From: Sphaeroforma arctica JP610
Taxonomy: Eukaryota
DNA length: 43,707 bases
Direction: 5' to 3'
Assembly (NCBI RefSeq): GCF_001186125.1
Contig: NW_014040512.1
Coordinates: 15,979 to 59,685, forward strand
The stretch's first letter is position 1; the number at the start of each line of letters is the position of its first letter. Below are positions 13,331 through 26,266 of the stretch, piece by piece. Under the pieces are notes generated by a model that did no database searches, was not told where the DNA came from, and saw only the letters and a program-made list of their open reading frames with translations. The position numbers and the translations under genes are program-made.

Positions 13331-16300
13331 CTTGCAGGGTCACGAAAATAGGTAACGGCGCCTCACCTATTGTTCGAACAATCGTTTCCACCATCTCCGA
13401 TATAATGGGCAAGCGATTATGATCAGACAATCTTCTGACCTTGTCGAGATTAGCCTGTTTCTCGCAGAATAATCAATCACGTGCACACAAATTCTTTCAT
13501 CGTTTAAGTCATTCTCATACTAAGATTTAGTCGATGCTCGTTATTTTTCGCGGGGCTTGTGTCAAGGACCAATGTGCAATTGACCCAAATTTAAATCACG
13601 CAATGCTTGCTGCACTTCAATTTGTGAATATTGTCGTTTATCTTGTCAGCCAACAGATTTGGAATTGTTTGGAATTGTTCTTCTGATTGGTTGGAATAGT
13701 CCTTCGGAATGTTTATTATATATTTTCCCAATATAATTTTAAAGTATCTGAAATACGCTTCTGATTGGTTGGTATACCTCGTTGGTATTTTTAACCCATG
13801 CAGCACGCTGTACACGCGGTTATGTGTTGTGATGGAGCGGTTCTGCAATCTCCTGTCTCTTCAGAACTGCACCGACGAGTTCCTTCTAGAGGTGAGTATT
13901 ATTGGCACGCCTATATCATCTCATATTTTGAATTAATTAGAATGGCCAATTCAAAGTTGTGTGTATGTACAATTCAAAGTTGTGTGTATGTTATAATTGG
14001 ACATGTTAATGACAATATTTTTGATATATTCGTTGTTGAAGGACACCGTGACAAACGATGCTGCAAGTCTTTCTTGACTATCATCTACTCAATATTGTGC
14101 GAAGTCTCTCTGCTTGTTTCTCTTATATATCCACCTCCGTAGCTTTTTTTTAATTACTATTCAACGCTGTTGGGTTTGACATGTTAATACAATGATACTT
14201 TGGAGTATACCACACCGCTATCTCTCAAAAATAGTTATTAATCATAATTTGGACCCCAATACATCACTAATGGAAAGGCACATTAGTGTGCTATCTGATA
14301 CATCGGAGCTCAACTACGCTGTCCTTGAGATGCGATCCCCTACTTCAATCCGAAAGTGCATACATACAGATCCTTCTCTCTCTGCCCGCAGATTACCACC
14401 TTGGCGTTAAACAGTTTCACGTACGCGCCCGATGACTTGTGCGTCAGGACCATCGACCTCGCCGAGCTGCAGGGCATCAGTCTGCACTTGGTTTGTACGG
14501 TATGTCGTAAGCTCTTATTTGTATTTAGGTGCAATACATACGTTTAGAATGTATGCCACATAATTCAGCAGATTGGTACACTTTTATCTACATACCGACC
14601 TCTCGAGCTTCAGGGTATCTCGGTCATATGCTCTTGTTTTCAGTATAACCACACAAACGTATATACACGTGTAAGGTGTATCTTCCAACGGCTTGATACA
14701 CCGGGACATATGCATTGTACTACATTCTGGCATACACGGTGTATTAGCTTCAATTAAGCGACCCCAAAGTGCTCTGGATTGCTGATACTCGTATTGTTTT
14801 TTGTACTGACCTGTAGGTGACAAGGCGTTATCATCGCCACCGAGAGAACGTTATGTACGACATTCTGATGTTCCTGAATAAACTCACCACGGCCAAGAAG
14901 AACCTGCGCACATTCCGGTATGCAAGTTCAGCCTATGTACTGATGCGTATGTATACAGATATAGATTTATATATGTGTGTGTGTGTGTGTGTTTGTGTGC
15001 ATATAAGTTCAAGTTATCTATGTAAAGACATCTATGTAAAGACATCTCTATAGAGCCAGTGGTACACAAGCACTGAGCCTTCCCACGCTGATTCATGAAT
15101 GGAAAGAGACACGATGTACATCAGCTGGTGTCGCAAACTATACACGAATTATCTACAAAACTAGGCAAACACCATTGCATAAAGCCGATATGTGACTTGC
15201 AAAGTCCCATTTCTCGTCAAATATTTCATTCAGAGTCTGCTCTCGCAGTACATGAACACTGCTTGCTCTGCGCCAAGACCATGCTCTTTCCGTAATCACT
15301 ATGTGTGCCATATTTGACAACAAGAAGTTTGGACGATTCCATGGTTGATTTACACTGAGAGCTACACCGTGAATGTCCAGAAAGTTTATTACGCCATAGA
15401 ATGGGCATGACATGATTCGGGAGATTAAGTATTTCTCATACCATCCATCGCAGAGTGACTAAATAGAGAATTATTGATTGCGTATAACAATTTCGGGTCA
15501 AAAACTATACTCTGGCAGTCTTCTTGTCATTTAGCTGTGCTTAACTGACCGCAAGCAAACGCAAATCAATTTTCAGCAAATGCACACGCGAATTTGACTT
15601 ACTTTTATTGAATCTCAGCTCAAAATAAGTATGTTGTCACTCCGTTTTTAAATTGAAACAGAGTTAAAATTTTATATCAAAAATTACAATATTAGGTATG
15701 AAACTAGTAGAAAGGATAGAGCCCGACACTATGCTCAAAGCCCAAGTTCGTATTTAATGCAAACCTGAGGCCAGGTCTCATCAAAAAGAAACTGACTACA
15801 AAGTACCTGTCCTGTCCAGCTATGAACCTGATCGAAGGGCAGCTACACAACCCTGTCTAATCTCATACAAACCTCATAGCAAATTTCTTTTTGCCCTATA
15901 TTGAATTGAATTTTCTTCAATTACGAAATTAGTTGAAAGGACGTGCCACAAAGCCATGTTCAGTACCTCCACCCAGATTCCGTAAACGAATAGCGAACTC
16001 AATTTCCTCCCGAATAAGTCGAATTTGGAGTGGCACAGCACACGACCATGTTCACTAGCCTCACCCTAATCAAATCAACCAACCAACCTCTCTCCCACAA
16101 CTCGATTCTCAGAATACTCTACAACCTTTTTTGTATCACACGTACATCTCTAGTTATGAAGCCAAAGGAGGAACACAGCACACTTCCATGTTTATGACGG
16201 CGCTAGTGGTGCGCGTGATCCAGAGTTTTACCGCAGATCAGTCGGAAACCGCTGTGGTCAAAGAGTCTGACGAGCAGGTGAGTTCAACTGATTGTGTGTG

Positions 16301-18293
16301 TGGGAATTCTACCATGCATCATGCTTTTGTATGTTCTTTCGTGCTGTGTTGGTACGTATTCACTTTCCGTGTTGGTTCTGTTTTACTCAAGTCGGTTTTT
16401 TTTTAATTTGAAAATGTGGGAGTCTATTTATGTGATCTATCCTACAATTCGTGTGTGTGTTACATATACATTTGCAGTCTGTGGGTGACGATACCGTATC
16501 CTGTTCTATCATTTATACCAATCCATCAGACTTGCGTCGTTATCGTGTGATTCACTTTTTGCTATCTCCTTTATCGTCATTTTTCCCGATATTTCAGTGC
16601 CAAATTAAACACAACGTACGGTACCCCCGTGTGTTAATTATATAAATCCGTATCGTCGTACTACACTGTATCTACATCTATTGATTATGTTCATATACCT
16701 TCTGTATCTTTCATTGTAGACTATTCTGCACCTATGTGCTTTCAGATCAACATCGTGCAATACATAGGCTTTCTTTTAAAGCAGTATGGTGCTCCTTTTG
16801 TGCAGCAGGTGAAAACTTCTAACGGGCAAATCACAGAAGCTAACGCTATCCGCGCTTATGAATCAGCAGTCGCCACCGCAAGTGACTTTCTGTCCAAGTT
16901 CTTCCGAAAGTAGGTGTAACTCTTGTGTGACAGGTACTTCCACTTGCATCTGTGCAAGTAGGTACATGGGTGTCCATCCGCTAGTGTCAATTACTTCTCA
17001 CTTACTATTGCGCCAATCTATTCAAGGCCGTTCGAGTGTAGGTGTCTATGCTAGTGTGTCAATGCTCCTCGTGTCAATGCACACTTTACTGCTGAGCCAG
17101 GCATGCAGTCGTCCCTCTGTATAACTGTTATAGACAGGGAGAGCGTCATGTTTGCGCCCATCGCATCCATCATTTTTCTTTGTACAACTACGGTGTGCTC
17201 TTTGTTCGCACGTTTACAACTCTATATCACCAAAACAGTGTAAACCGCAAAGTACAGACTATCACGCGCACACACGCAACCAAACACCCTTCCTGTCACA
17301 TTCAGAGCAAGCACTAAGCAAGAAGGCGAAGTTTCTATCAAGGAAATCTTCATGAACTTTCTGGAAGACCTATTAAGCCTGCTCAACATCCCCGAATGGC
17401 CTGCAGCTGATATGCTACTTTCTCGTATGGTGCTGATCATGGTATGCACGTTTATATGAACTCAATGGATGTATTGGCATGTCGAGCGAACTGAGTTATG
17501 CGTGCATAATAGGGGTCTGTGAACACAGGTTGGATGAGAGCATAAGCGTAACACGGTATGTGTGCATAGAAGTCTGTATGGGTGCGCAGATTCAGGGCCG
17601 AGATTGTGTCTGGATGTGAACATGGGTGATTACGACCAAAGCTTCGACAACATTCATTGTACAATATACTCTGCGATGGCATCCAGACAGGCGACTCTGG
17701 TGTCTAGTTGCATGCTGTAGTCTGCAATTAGTTATGAACTGCAACATGCGGGATGGAATTCCGGCAGCTATGCCTAATTTGCACACGTTTATGTATATAT
17801 CAGGGTGTAGATTATTTGCCCAATGCTTGTAGACACCATGTGCGTTGCAGAGTGGACTAGTGCACAGTGGGTATATCACTGAATCAAAGTGAGAAACAAA
17901 GTGGGAAACATGACGTAAAAGGGGGAAGGTAAGAAGACTCTGTAGGATACTAAGATGAGCTCACATTGGATTTGCTTTTTTTTTTGGCTCTAACAACGAT
18001 CACTGTCCTGGTTTTTCCAGTTCGATACGTTATCGGGTACTAAAGTCGACGCCATGGCGCGAGGGTTTGCGTTGGACTGCATCGGAACCATTGCTAAGCA
18101 ACTCAAAGCACAGACAGATGGGGTCTCAGTGGCGGCGCTTATGGAGATTATCCGTGAACGACAGGTAGAACACATTGCTTCCATGTGCACTACTTATTAA
18201 GCACTCGTATGTTTTACTTGAATGCACAGATGTATTGGTCTGCTCCCCTTTTTCATATGATACGTCAAACTTACACATATACGGGTAAATACG

Positions 18294-18324
<31 letters not shown>

Positions 18325-21300
18325 AGTTATATACTCTTTGCGTTGCGAACACACAAAATTTTATATTCACGTTATGTTCATGCATGTAAATACGAGTACA
18401 TAATTTGAATGCACACGTACTGCGAACCCGCAAAGTTCCATCGATTGATCCTTTTACATGCGCCCATATATAGGCCACTTCAGAGTCTACGGAAGACGAG
18501 TTAGCGCACTGTGTGTGCGGTAAGGGATACTCAGGTGAATTTATGTTGGAATGTGACGGCGGCTGCCGCAAATGGTACCACGGCTCGTGCGTAGGCGTTC
18601 CCCCAACCTACTCGTAAGTATTAAGTCGTGCATATTACTATATTGCTGATCTGGAAATTTCTATATGCGAATTTGTATATATTACGGCATACTTGCTGTT
18701 ATTTATTTATCCATTCGTAAGTAATATGATCTGTAAACCATGACATACCCGTTTGTAGGTACTATGACATGCATGCTATTTTATACCCATTAGCAAGTAT
18801 AGGGATCTGTGGGCTATGTGAGAGAGTGAAAAGTGCCATCTTCGTGTGCGTATGAAACATAGTCGTTTGGCGGTGTGCGTTGGTTTCCGAGTAGATGGAT
18901 AAGTGGCATATACTTCTCGTTGCGACATTCGGACGGTGCTTTCATTTGAGCCTGTTTCTCTTGATACTTGTTCTTGTACCTGTTGCCCATCAGGTTGCAT
19001 TCCCGCTTTGTGCACTTACAATGAGCATCAAACGCACACAAGCACCGATCATTATTTGAATAAAGAATCCACGCATGTACAATTACCCTTTGTATGCAAT
19101 TAAATCTGCACACCCATATTTGGCCAATGCATGTATATATACACACACATTTCAAATAGCAAATGCTAGTTGCCAAGCTAAAAACTCGCATGTGAACACC
19201 TTGCATACTTCCACATACGAATACATATTCTTGTACGTACAAACATAACCTCTGTTCTATGCGCTCACAAATTTCTCACCTCTGCATCCGTCTTCGGGCT
19301 ATAGAATCCCTGGAACCTTCAGACCACCTAAACCTTGACCCTAAAGCAATACCATAAACCCTGAAACCTTACGCCCCGATACCCGACAGAGGGGAGTGGC
19401 TGTGCAAAGTGTGCACAGATCATCAGAATGCCACAGACCACGCCACCAATGACATACGATCAAAGGAAAGCTTTCAGCTGCAAACGTATCTCTCTGTGTA
19501 TCTGAAGGGAACACACACCGATGCAACGGTGGTGGACCAGAATTCGCGCAACGCACGCAATTTCTACCACGCACAGTGGGTAGTTGCGGTGAAGAAGGTA
19601 AGCGGAGAGGGTGGGAAGCAGTAGATGTATGTGTGTTTGTTTTCATAACCATGCGCACGATACATACAACGGTTAGTGAAAATATCCGATGTGCCTGTTC
19701 AGTCGTAGCTAGGATATACGTAGTCAAGTGAGGCGAATATGTACACTTTATCTGGCTCTTAGCATGAGATTCCATTTCGTTGGGTTTCTGGCCTATCAGA
19801 TACGAGCGGTGGCGAACATGTACAATGTGAAATTCACACACACGTACATGTTTTTATAGGGATATGTATAGGTTGTATTAGATACATATAGATGCCTTTT
19901 TGTGTTGCTATGCCTGTATATGTCGAGCGATTCAATTTTTGTCGGCTGCGCTTTAAGGATGCGAGGTAAGTTGGATTTCTTCGTTAGAGCAAAATAAAAA
20001 TAGTTAGAGGCGTCTACGATATGTTCAGATTTGTAGTTTTATATTTCTATCGACAGTAGGGATCAGAGTCGACTATCCGGAGTAAAACCTTGTAGCACCT
20101 GAAGTGTTTTTGCAACTCATTTTTTTAGCTACTGTGTATTAGCCACCGTTGATGGATAAGATCATACAATGACAGTTTGCTGCGTAGTCAACTAATAAAA
20201 TAACACATTTTGACAGCCGCTTGCAAACCAAATCTTCTCAAGGAATTGATTACCCATCTTGACCATCATTCTCACAGGATTCCGCTCTCCTGGAGAAGTT
20301 CACCCGGGCCGAAATGGAATTCCTTACTGAATCTGTCAAGCGTCGCAATGAACTATGTACTGTTTGGTCCACAAAGAGGTTAGTCAAAGACATGGGATCG
20401 TATTTATATATGTCCACTTATGTTTGGAAAGCAAGATATCTCGATGTGTGTGTATTGTGTATGCGGGAGTGTAGGTAGATGTATTTATATAACAGCATAT
20501 ATATTGTTATATAATGTTATATATTCACAAGTAGATGTCAAAAGCAATTCGTGTCTCACGTGTACATTCGCACGTGCACATCTTTGTGTGTGCGTAGCAC
20601 ATGCGTAAAACAATGTGTAAAAGTGTATTGATTTGTGGTGCAGTATAAACAGCACATGCAGATGCAACAGAATGACATGGTGGCAGGCCCACACACTCAT
20701 ACACACGTGCAGTCATGAATGTGAAATCCATTTTACTAAGCTACATACGCACTCATAGCAAAGAATTCGACTGGACAATATTTCAAAATCTGTTTTATCG
20801 TCCCTAAGGCTCTATTTTGGGTGGATTCGATCGCGGGTTTAGTAAGTTTGCGCAAATGTACTCGTCAGTGGCATTATTTACTCACCAGGAGCATACCTTT
20901 TCACCGCAAACGTATTATTCGATATATATATATATATATATATTATCATACACTGATATACTAATACTATACATTACAGCGCTCCAGACGAAATAACAAC
21001 GAACGAGAGTCCCCTCAATCGATATCTGGCGTTGAGGGCGGTGCGATGTCTGTCGGATGTGTCGAGTTTGTCCCTGTACCGTTATACTGAATTGATTATA
21101 CGTAGAGTGCTGAACGAGTGCCTGGGAAGCACCATTATAATGCGCTCCAAGGCTATGAAGCAGTTGAATGGTATGTAAGGAGGTTAATGGATCTGAATTA
21201 TTAACGTATATGGATCTTACACAAAAACAAGTGCTCATTTTTTTATCTAGACATTCGCATATATGTATGTATGTATGTACGTGTATATTACTAGTGACAA

Positions 21301-24300
21301 TATATACATATATATCGCCTAATTTGTGTACCTTTGTCACTACCAATGATATGTCCTGGTATTCTTTGTATCTTTGCAGGTGAACCCATGGGTATACCAG
21401 TAGTGTGCTTAGCATAAATTTTGATGGTGACAGTTGATAAACAGACTGTGCTACTCTCACACACACTTGTTGTGGCATGCTGTGTATTCACTCGTCTATG
21501 TTTTCTTTTCTTCATTTTCCGTGCTCATCTCATAGTTTTGTGTACTATGGTGCAGTCTGTACAAGTACTTATATTGTGCCCGTACTCTTCTAAAGAAATA
21601 TATGCAGGTCTATGAATTTGTTTATACATATTTATTGTGGACTTGTCAAAATACCATCATGTACTATGCAATAAATTTCTACAATGCAGCACATCTCACA
21701 GTTTCCACCACACAATCAAATATTCCATATAAAATCACGCATACGATATAGCATACAATTACAGATGTCACACCAAACATGTATATGCACAAAATCTTAT
21801 GTCGTATATAGAACTGTGTATCAACAAAACATCACGAATTTCTCCCTTTTTTTTTGGAATCGTCGAAGTCTAAAATGAACAACACCACGCTGCATGTGGC
21901 TTGCGCTTTTATTCTAAACCTGTATCGCATGCTAAACTTATATATATAGTTGTATGCCGTTCTGCCATCTCATTTTGTACGCGGCACTTTTATGCAAGAG
22001 CATTTGTGTTTGTATGAATTAGCATATGTAACACAGTGCGCACGTACCCAATTTACTGCTTGTATGTACGAAATGGGCTGCCGGTAGATACGATGGGTAT
22101 ATATTGACGAAATGTATACTTCTACTTCGAAAAATTCTCACTATATCATACCGTATCCTCATTCGTACGTATCGTATACTGCACAAACTAAACTCATCTC
22201 CAGGCATTATCACGGCGGATCCCGAGCTATTGGAGACCAAGGCTGTTGCTGACACTGTGATGGGCAGATTACGCGACAAACAGCCCTCCGTAAGAGAAGC
22301 CGCTGTAGAACTGGTCGGGCGTTTTATGATATCCAACCCAGGTACGGTATGCTGTACTACACGGCTGGTGTGTGGTATATGTATACTGATCCACATTAGG
22401 TATCGTTTGTCTCATGTACCTGGATATGTGGAACGGAGCAGTTCAGGAGAGGAATCGACATCTGAGTGTGCGAGTGTTTGCATATATATCCATACAGCTG
22501 TATCATAGCACAGCATTGTATCTGCGTCTCAGCTCTTTGGTATTACATGATTCCTCACAGATCTTTTTGTGCTTTCTTATTAAAAATTACTCCCTCTACT
22601 TCAACCCGCTAAAGGACATTATTTTGTCCCCGTTCATCAGAATACACCAACAGATACTATCCTGAGGTCATCACACGACTAGAGGACACCGGTAAAAGTG
22701 TGCGCAAAACTGTCATCAAAATTCTGAGCGAGGTAGGTAAATTATATGACATTGAAGTGGTATGACACTCCTTATACATATGGCTCACTTTGTATCAAAG
22801 AAGTGAAGGTGGTAGTTCTGACTCGTGCATCACCTTCTAGCCAGAAATGGCTGTTCAGGTTTGTTGAATGAGCCTTGTGTGCACAATATCTGTAGGTTTG
22901 TGAGGCTCAGCCGAATAACCCAGAGATCCCGGCTATCTGCACGTCTATGCTGCGCCGAGTGAGTGACGAATCTGACAACATTCGACAACTGGTTCAGAGG
23001 ACATTTGAGAAGATATGGTTTTCACCACTGCCAAAGGCTAAGGAGGGTTCCAGTGCCTTCGAAGTAGAGCGAGAACGCCGCGTGAGGTATGGGGATATAG
23101 GGGAATGTATTGTTTTGGAAGCTTGCATTTGTGTGAAGTGGTGGTAATATAAGTATGAATTGCATACAATGCATATTCGTGACCATATTTGCTATCAAAT
23201 GTGGTATTGTTGCTCCCGTGTGTGTATGTATGTATTTCTACGGTTTTCCATCACGGAATCAATATCTGTGTATATATATATACTTAAATGAGGAAGTTCA
23301 AATGTGCATCGAATTTTGCAGACATGCAAGCATATTCTACAAGCATATATATGTATGCGACAATCAGTATCTTCGCCGATATTCAGAATCTATGAGAACA
23401 CGTGCATCTAGCATAAACAACTCAGTCCAGAAAACAATACAAATGTACCCAAATGAAAAGAAAGTGGGTTCGTGAGGTTGTTTTACATTTACGAAGTTAC
23501 TTCGTTATCTATACAAATCTATTCCACCATAAGAGCCGATATACTACAAAACATCTAGATATCAGCACACATGTTCATGTGTATGATATCCGTATTTTGG
23601 CACCACGTTGTCCGCTGGGAGTTGTGCACACATATATACCTATCGACATATTCTACATAGCACAGGACTATTTGGGATTGCAAACTATAACACCTTCTCA
23701 CACCAGTTCCGCACCATTATCGTAACAGCTTGATCAAAGGGGTGGTCAGATCAATACGTGTGAACAACAGTTCCTCCGAGTGGATGTACGACCTAGTCAA
23801 GAACGCGGCTGACAATGACACCGATGATGACATTCTGCATCTCTATCAAGCCCTGATACACTGTTTAAAGGAGCGCGTGTTGGAGGTGGAGGCAAAGATA
23901 GCGTCAGCAGCGCCCGATACGAAGAAGTTACTGGTATGTTCAAGCTCGTATGTTTTTCATATTTTATAGGTAGTGTGGTCTAGTTTGGGCGTTATACGTA
24001 GATATTCCCCAATCATGGATGATGTATTGGTGTTTCTTTGACCCAAATGCGCCGTCTGAAGGAGCGCATTCTGGAGATGGAGGCAAAGATAACGTCATCA
24101 ACGGCCGATATAAATATCTCATTGGTTTGTTTCAAGTTCAGATTTCATTGGTAGTTACTGGTTGTGTGTCTCCGTATAGTAGTACGTTGTTGGTTGTGTG
24201 TGCAAGTATGGTGCCTGGCGAGCCTGATATACTTTACTGTCTGAAGGAGCAAATATATATAAAAATTGTATGTTCAGGGTTGGGTTAACGGATGTGCCTA

Positions 24301-26212
24301 TGTACGTATGTGCATGTGTGCACGCTTTCGTGTGTATTTGTTTACTAGACCTATATACTCGAGCATGTAAAGCAAATGCATTAGGTGCCGCAGCACTTAC
24401 TGATTGTCAGAATAGTATACATGGTGTGGAGTGCCAATATATATATGTGTATAAGTATATATATATATATATCAGACATTCGGATTGCTGAGCGCCTGAA
24501 ATAAACAGAAAGCCAAATTTGCGTTGTTGTACCGTTGTACAAGAATTATTGCTATGTTGAGAAGGACAGTCCAAGTCGCCGTATTGTGGCCCTCCTGTTT
24601 TGCCTAAACTTCGTTTATCCTACCCTATTCCACTCAGAACGACGATCTATTGGATACGCTGCTGACCATGCTGCTGTTCACCCAGGCCATTCCCTCCATC
24701 ATCGTTCCCCACATGCCAGTACTGAGTGTGTACTTGGACGAGATACCAGGTGTGTGCATACGGTGTGTATTCGTGGATTCGATATGTCTCGCCTGTATTA
24801 AGATTCAGAACCGTGTTTTGAATTTTCAAGGAATTGGAGTTCAAGCGCCGTTGTCCTTGGCCCACTTATGCTCGCGGGTATATTTCCTCCTAAATCCACG
24901 TGGTCCATAAGTAGAATAGCTCTGTATGCATAATTTTGCGTTTAGGCGCTTGTTACGAGCTCCATTTAAGTTTTGTAACATGATAGTCTACAATAGTATC
25001 CAAATTTACTTATATTTTGGTGCCGTCACTAGTCGATAGCTATGTTAAAGCATCTTGGCTTAGTTGGCAAATTATGAGATTCTTGTAGTATTTGCGAATG
25101 AGGATCTGTACTACTCACAAATGCCGGTACATAGTTCATTCCTGACTTCTATGGAAGTTGTGCATAATGTGAGTGCTTAGGATGCACAATGTTTGTTAGC
25201 TGCTGTAGATGGGCTGCGAACACATGTTGGGTTTCATCCTTATTTCTACCATCATTTAATGTTTTTGTCAATTCTCGTCTAAACTGAACTAATTTCTCGG
25301 GTACGCGAGTGGTGTGAACAGAGCCAGTGTTGGTGTTACACAAAGTGTGCTTGCCGCTGAAAATGGGTAAAAAATGGATATCAAATTTCATCTGTATCAT
25401 GTGATATTCTATACATTTTTGCCTATTCTAATTTATATTCTTCCGGTGTGTGTGTGTGGGAACAGAGCGGGTTCTGGTAATACACAACGTGTGCCTGCTG
25501 TTGGAAATGGGCTACAATGTGCTAGACTCTCCCGACTCAAAGCTTGTGGCATCCGACGAGGCCAAACTGAGAGAATTGCTCATCAACAAGCCATGGATGG
25601 CCCACACCCAGCTAGTAAGCACACGTTGACAAATGTTCATTTCATACGTTTACGGACACGCACACGCAGGCATTGCTCATAAGTACTTGCATGTACATAT
25701 ACTCGCTATGCTCAACGTGAATATGCACAATCACATGTACATTGGGCTATTAGATGCACATATACACCGTGGTCACGTATACGAGACACCGCCGGTCTGT
25801 TAAGAGAACAAACACTCGCCTGTTATGCACTGTCGCGGACACGCACACGTTTCCTTTGCACTGGCAAACTCGCTACCGTAGAACACAAGAAAAATTGTCA
25901 GTTGTGACTGCAAGTAGAAGATTGCTTCTTCGAATTGTGAACCACAATATTTTGATTGTCGGTACCGATGTATAAAACTGATGGCTATTTGTAGAAAATA
26001 GGCTGCATGTACCTCTGTGACGTTCACAATATTTCGTCTCGGCAGTGTGAGGGAAACAATTATTAAGCCCTCAGTCCAAATTCTGGAAGACCTTATAAAT
26101 TTACTTAAATGTACATTGACTGACTGTTATCTTTTAGCCAACCGTGACTTATTCTAATTTTTAGTATAGTAACTACGCTAATGCGTTCACACAAATACTC
26201 ATCATCTTCCGT

Positions 26213-26266
<54 letters not shown>

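Noticed and set aside
18474..19414. PHD finger as a separate nested gene
   Set aside because: It has no start or stop of its own; the flanking phases (0, 2, 0) fit the NIPBL chain and exon 16 continues directly into conserved Scc2 sequence.
24505..24592. Possible further ghost copy of exon 25 (shared CCAAAT, AAGAA, CGTATTGTGGC)
   Set aside because: Similarity is too patchy to support by eye and the segment is not adjacent to that exon.
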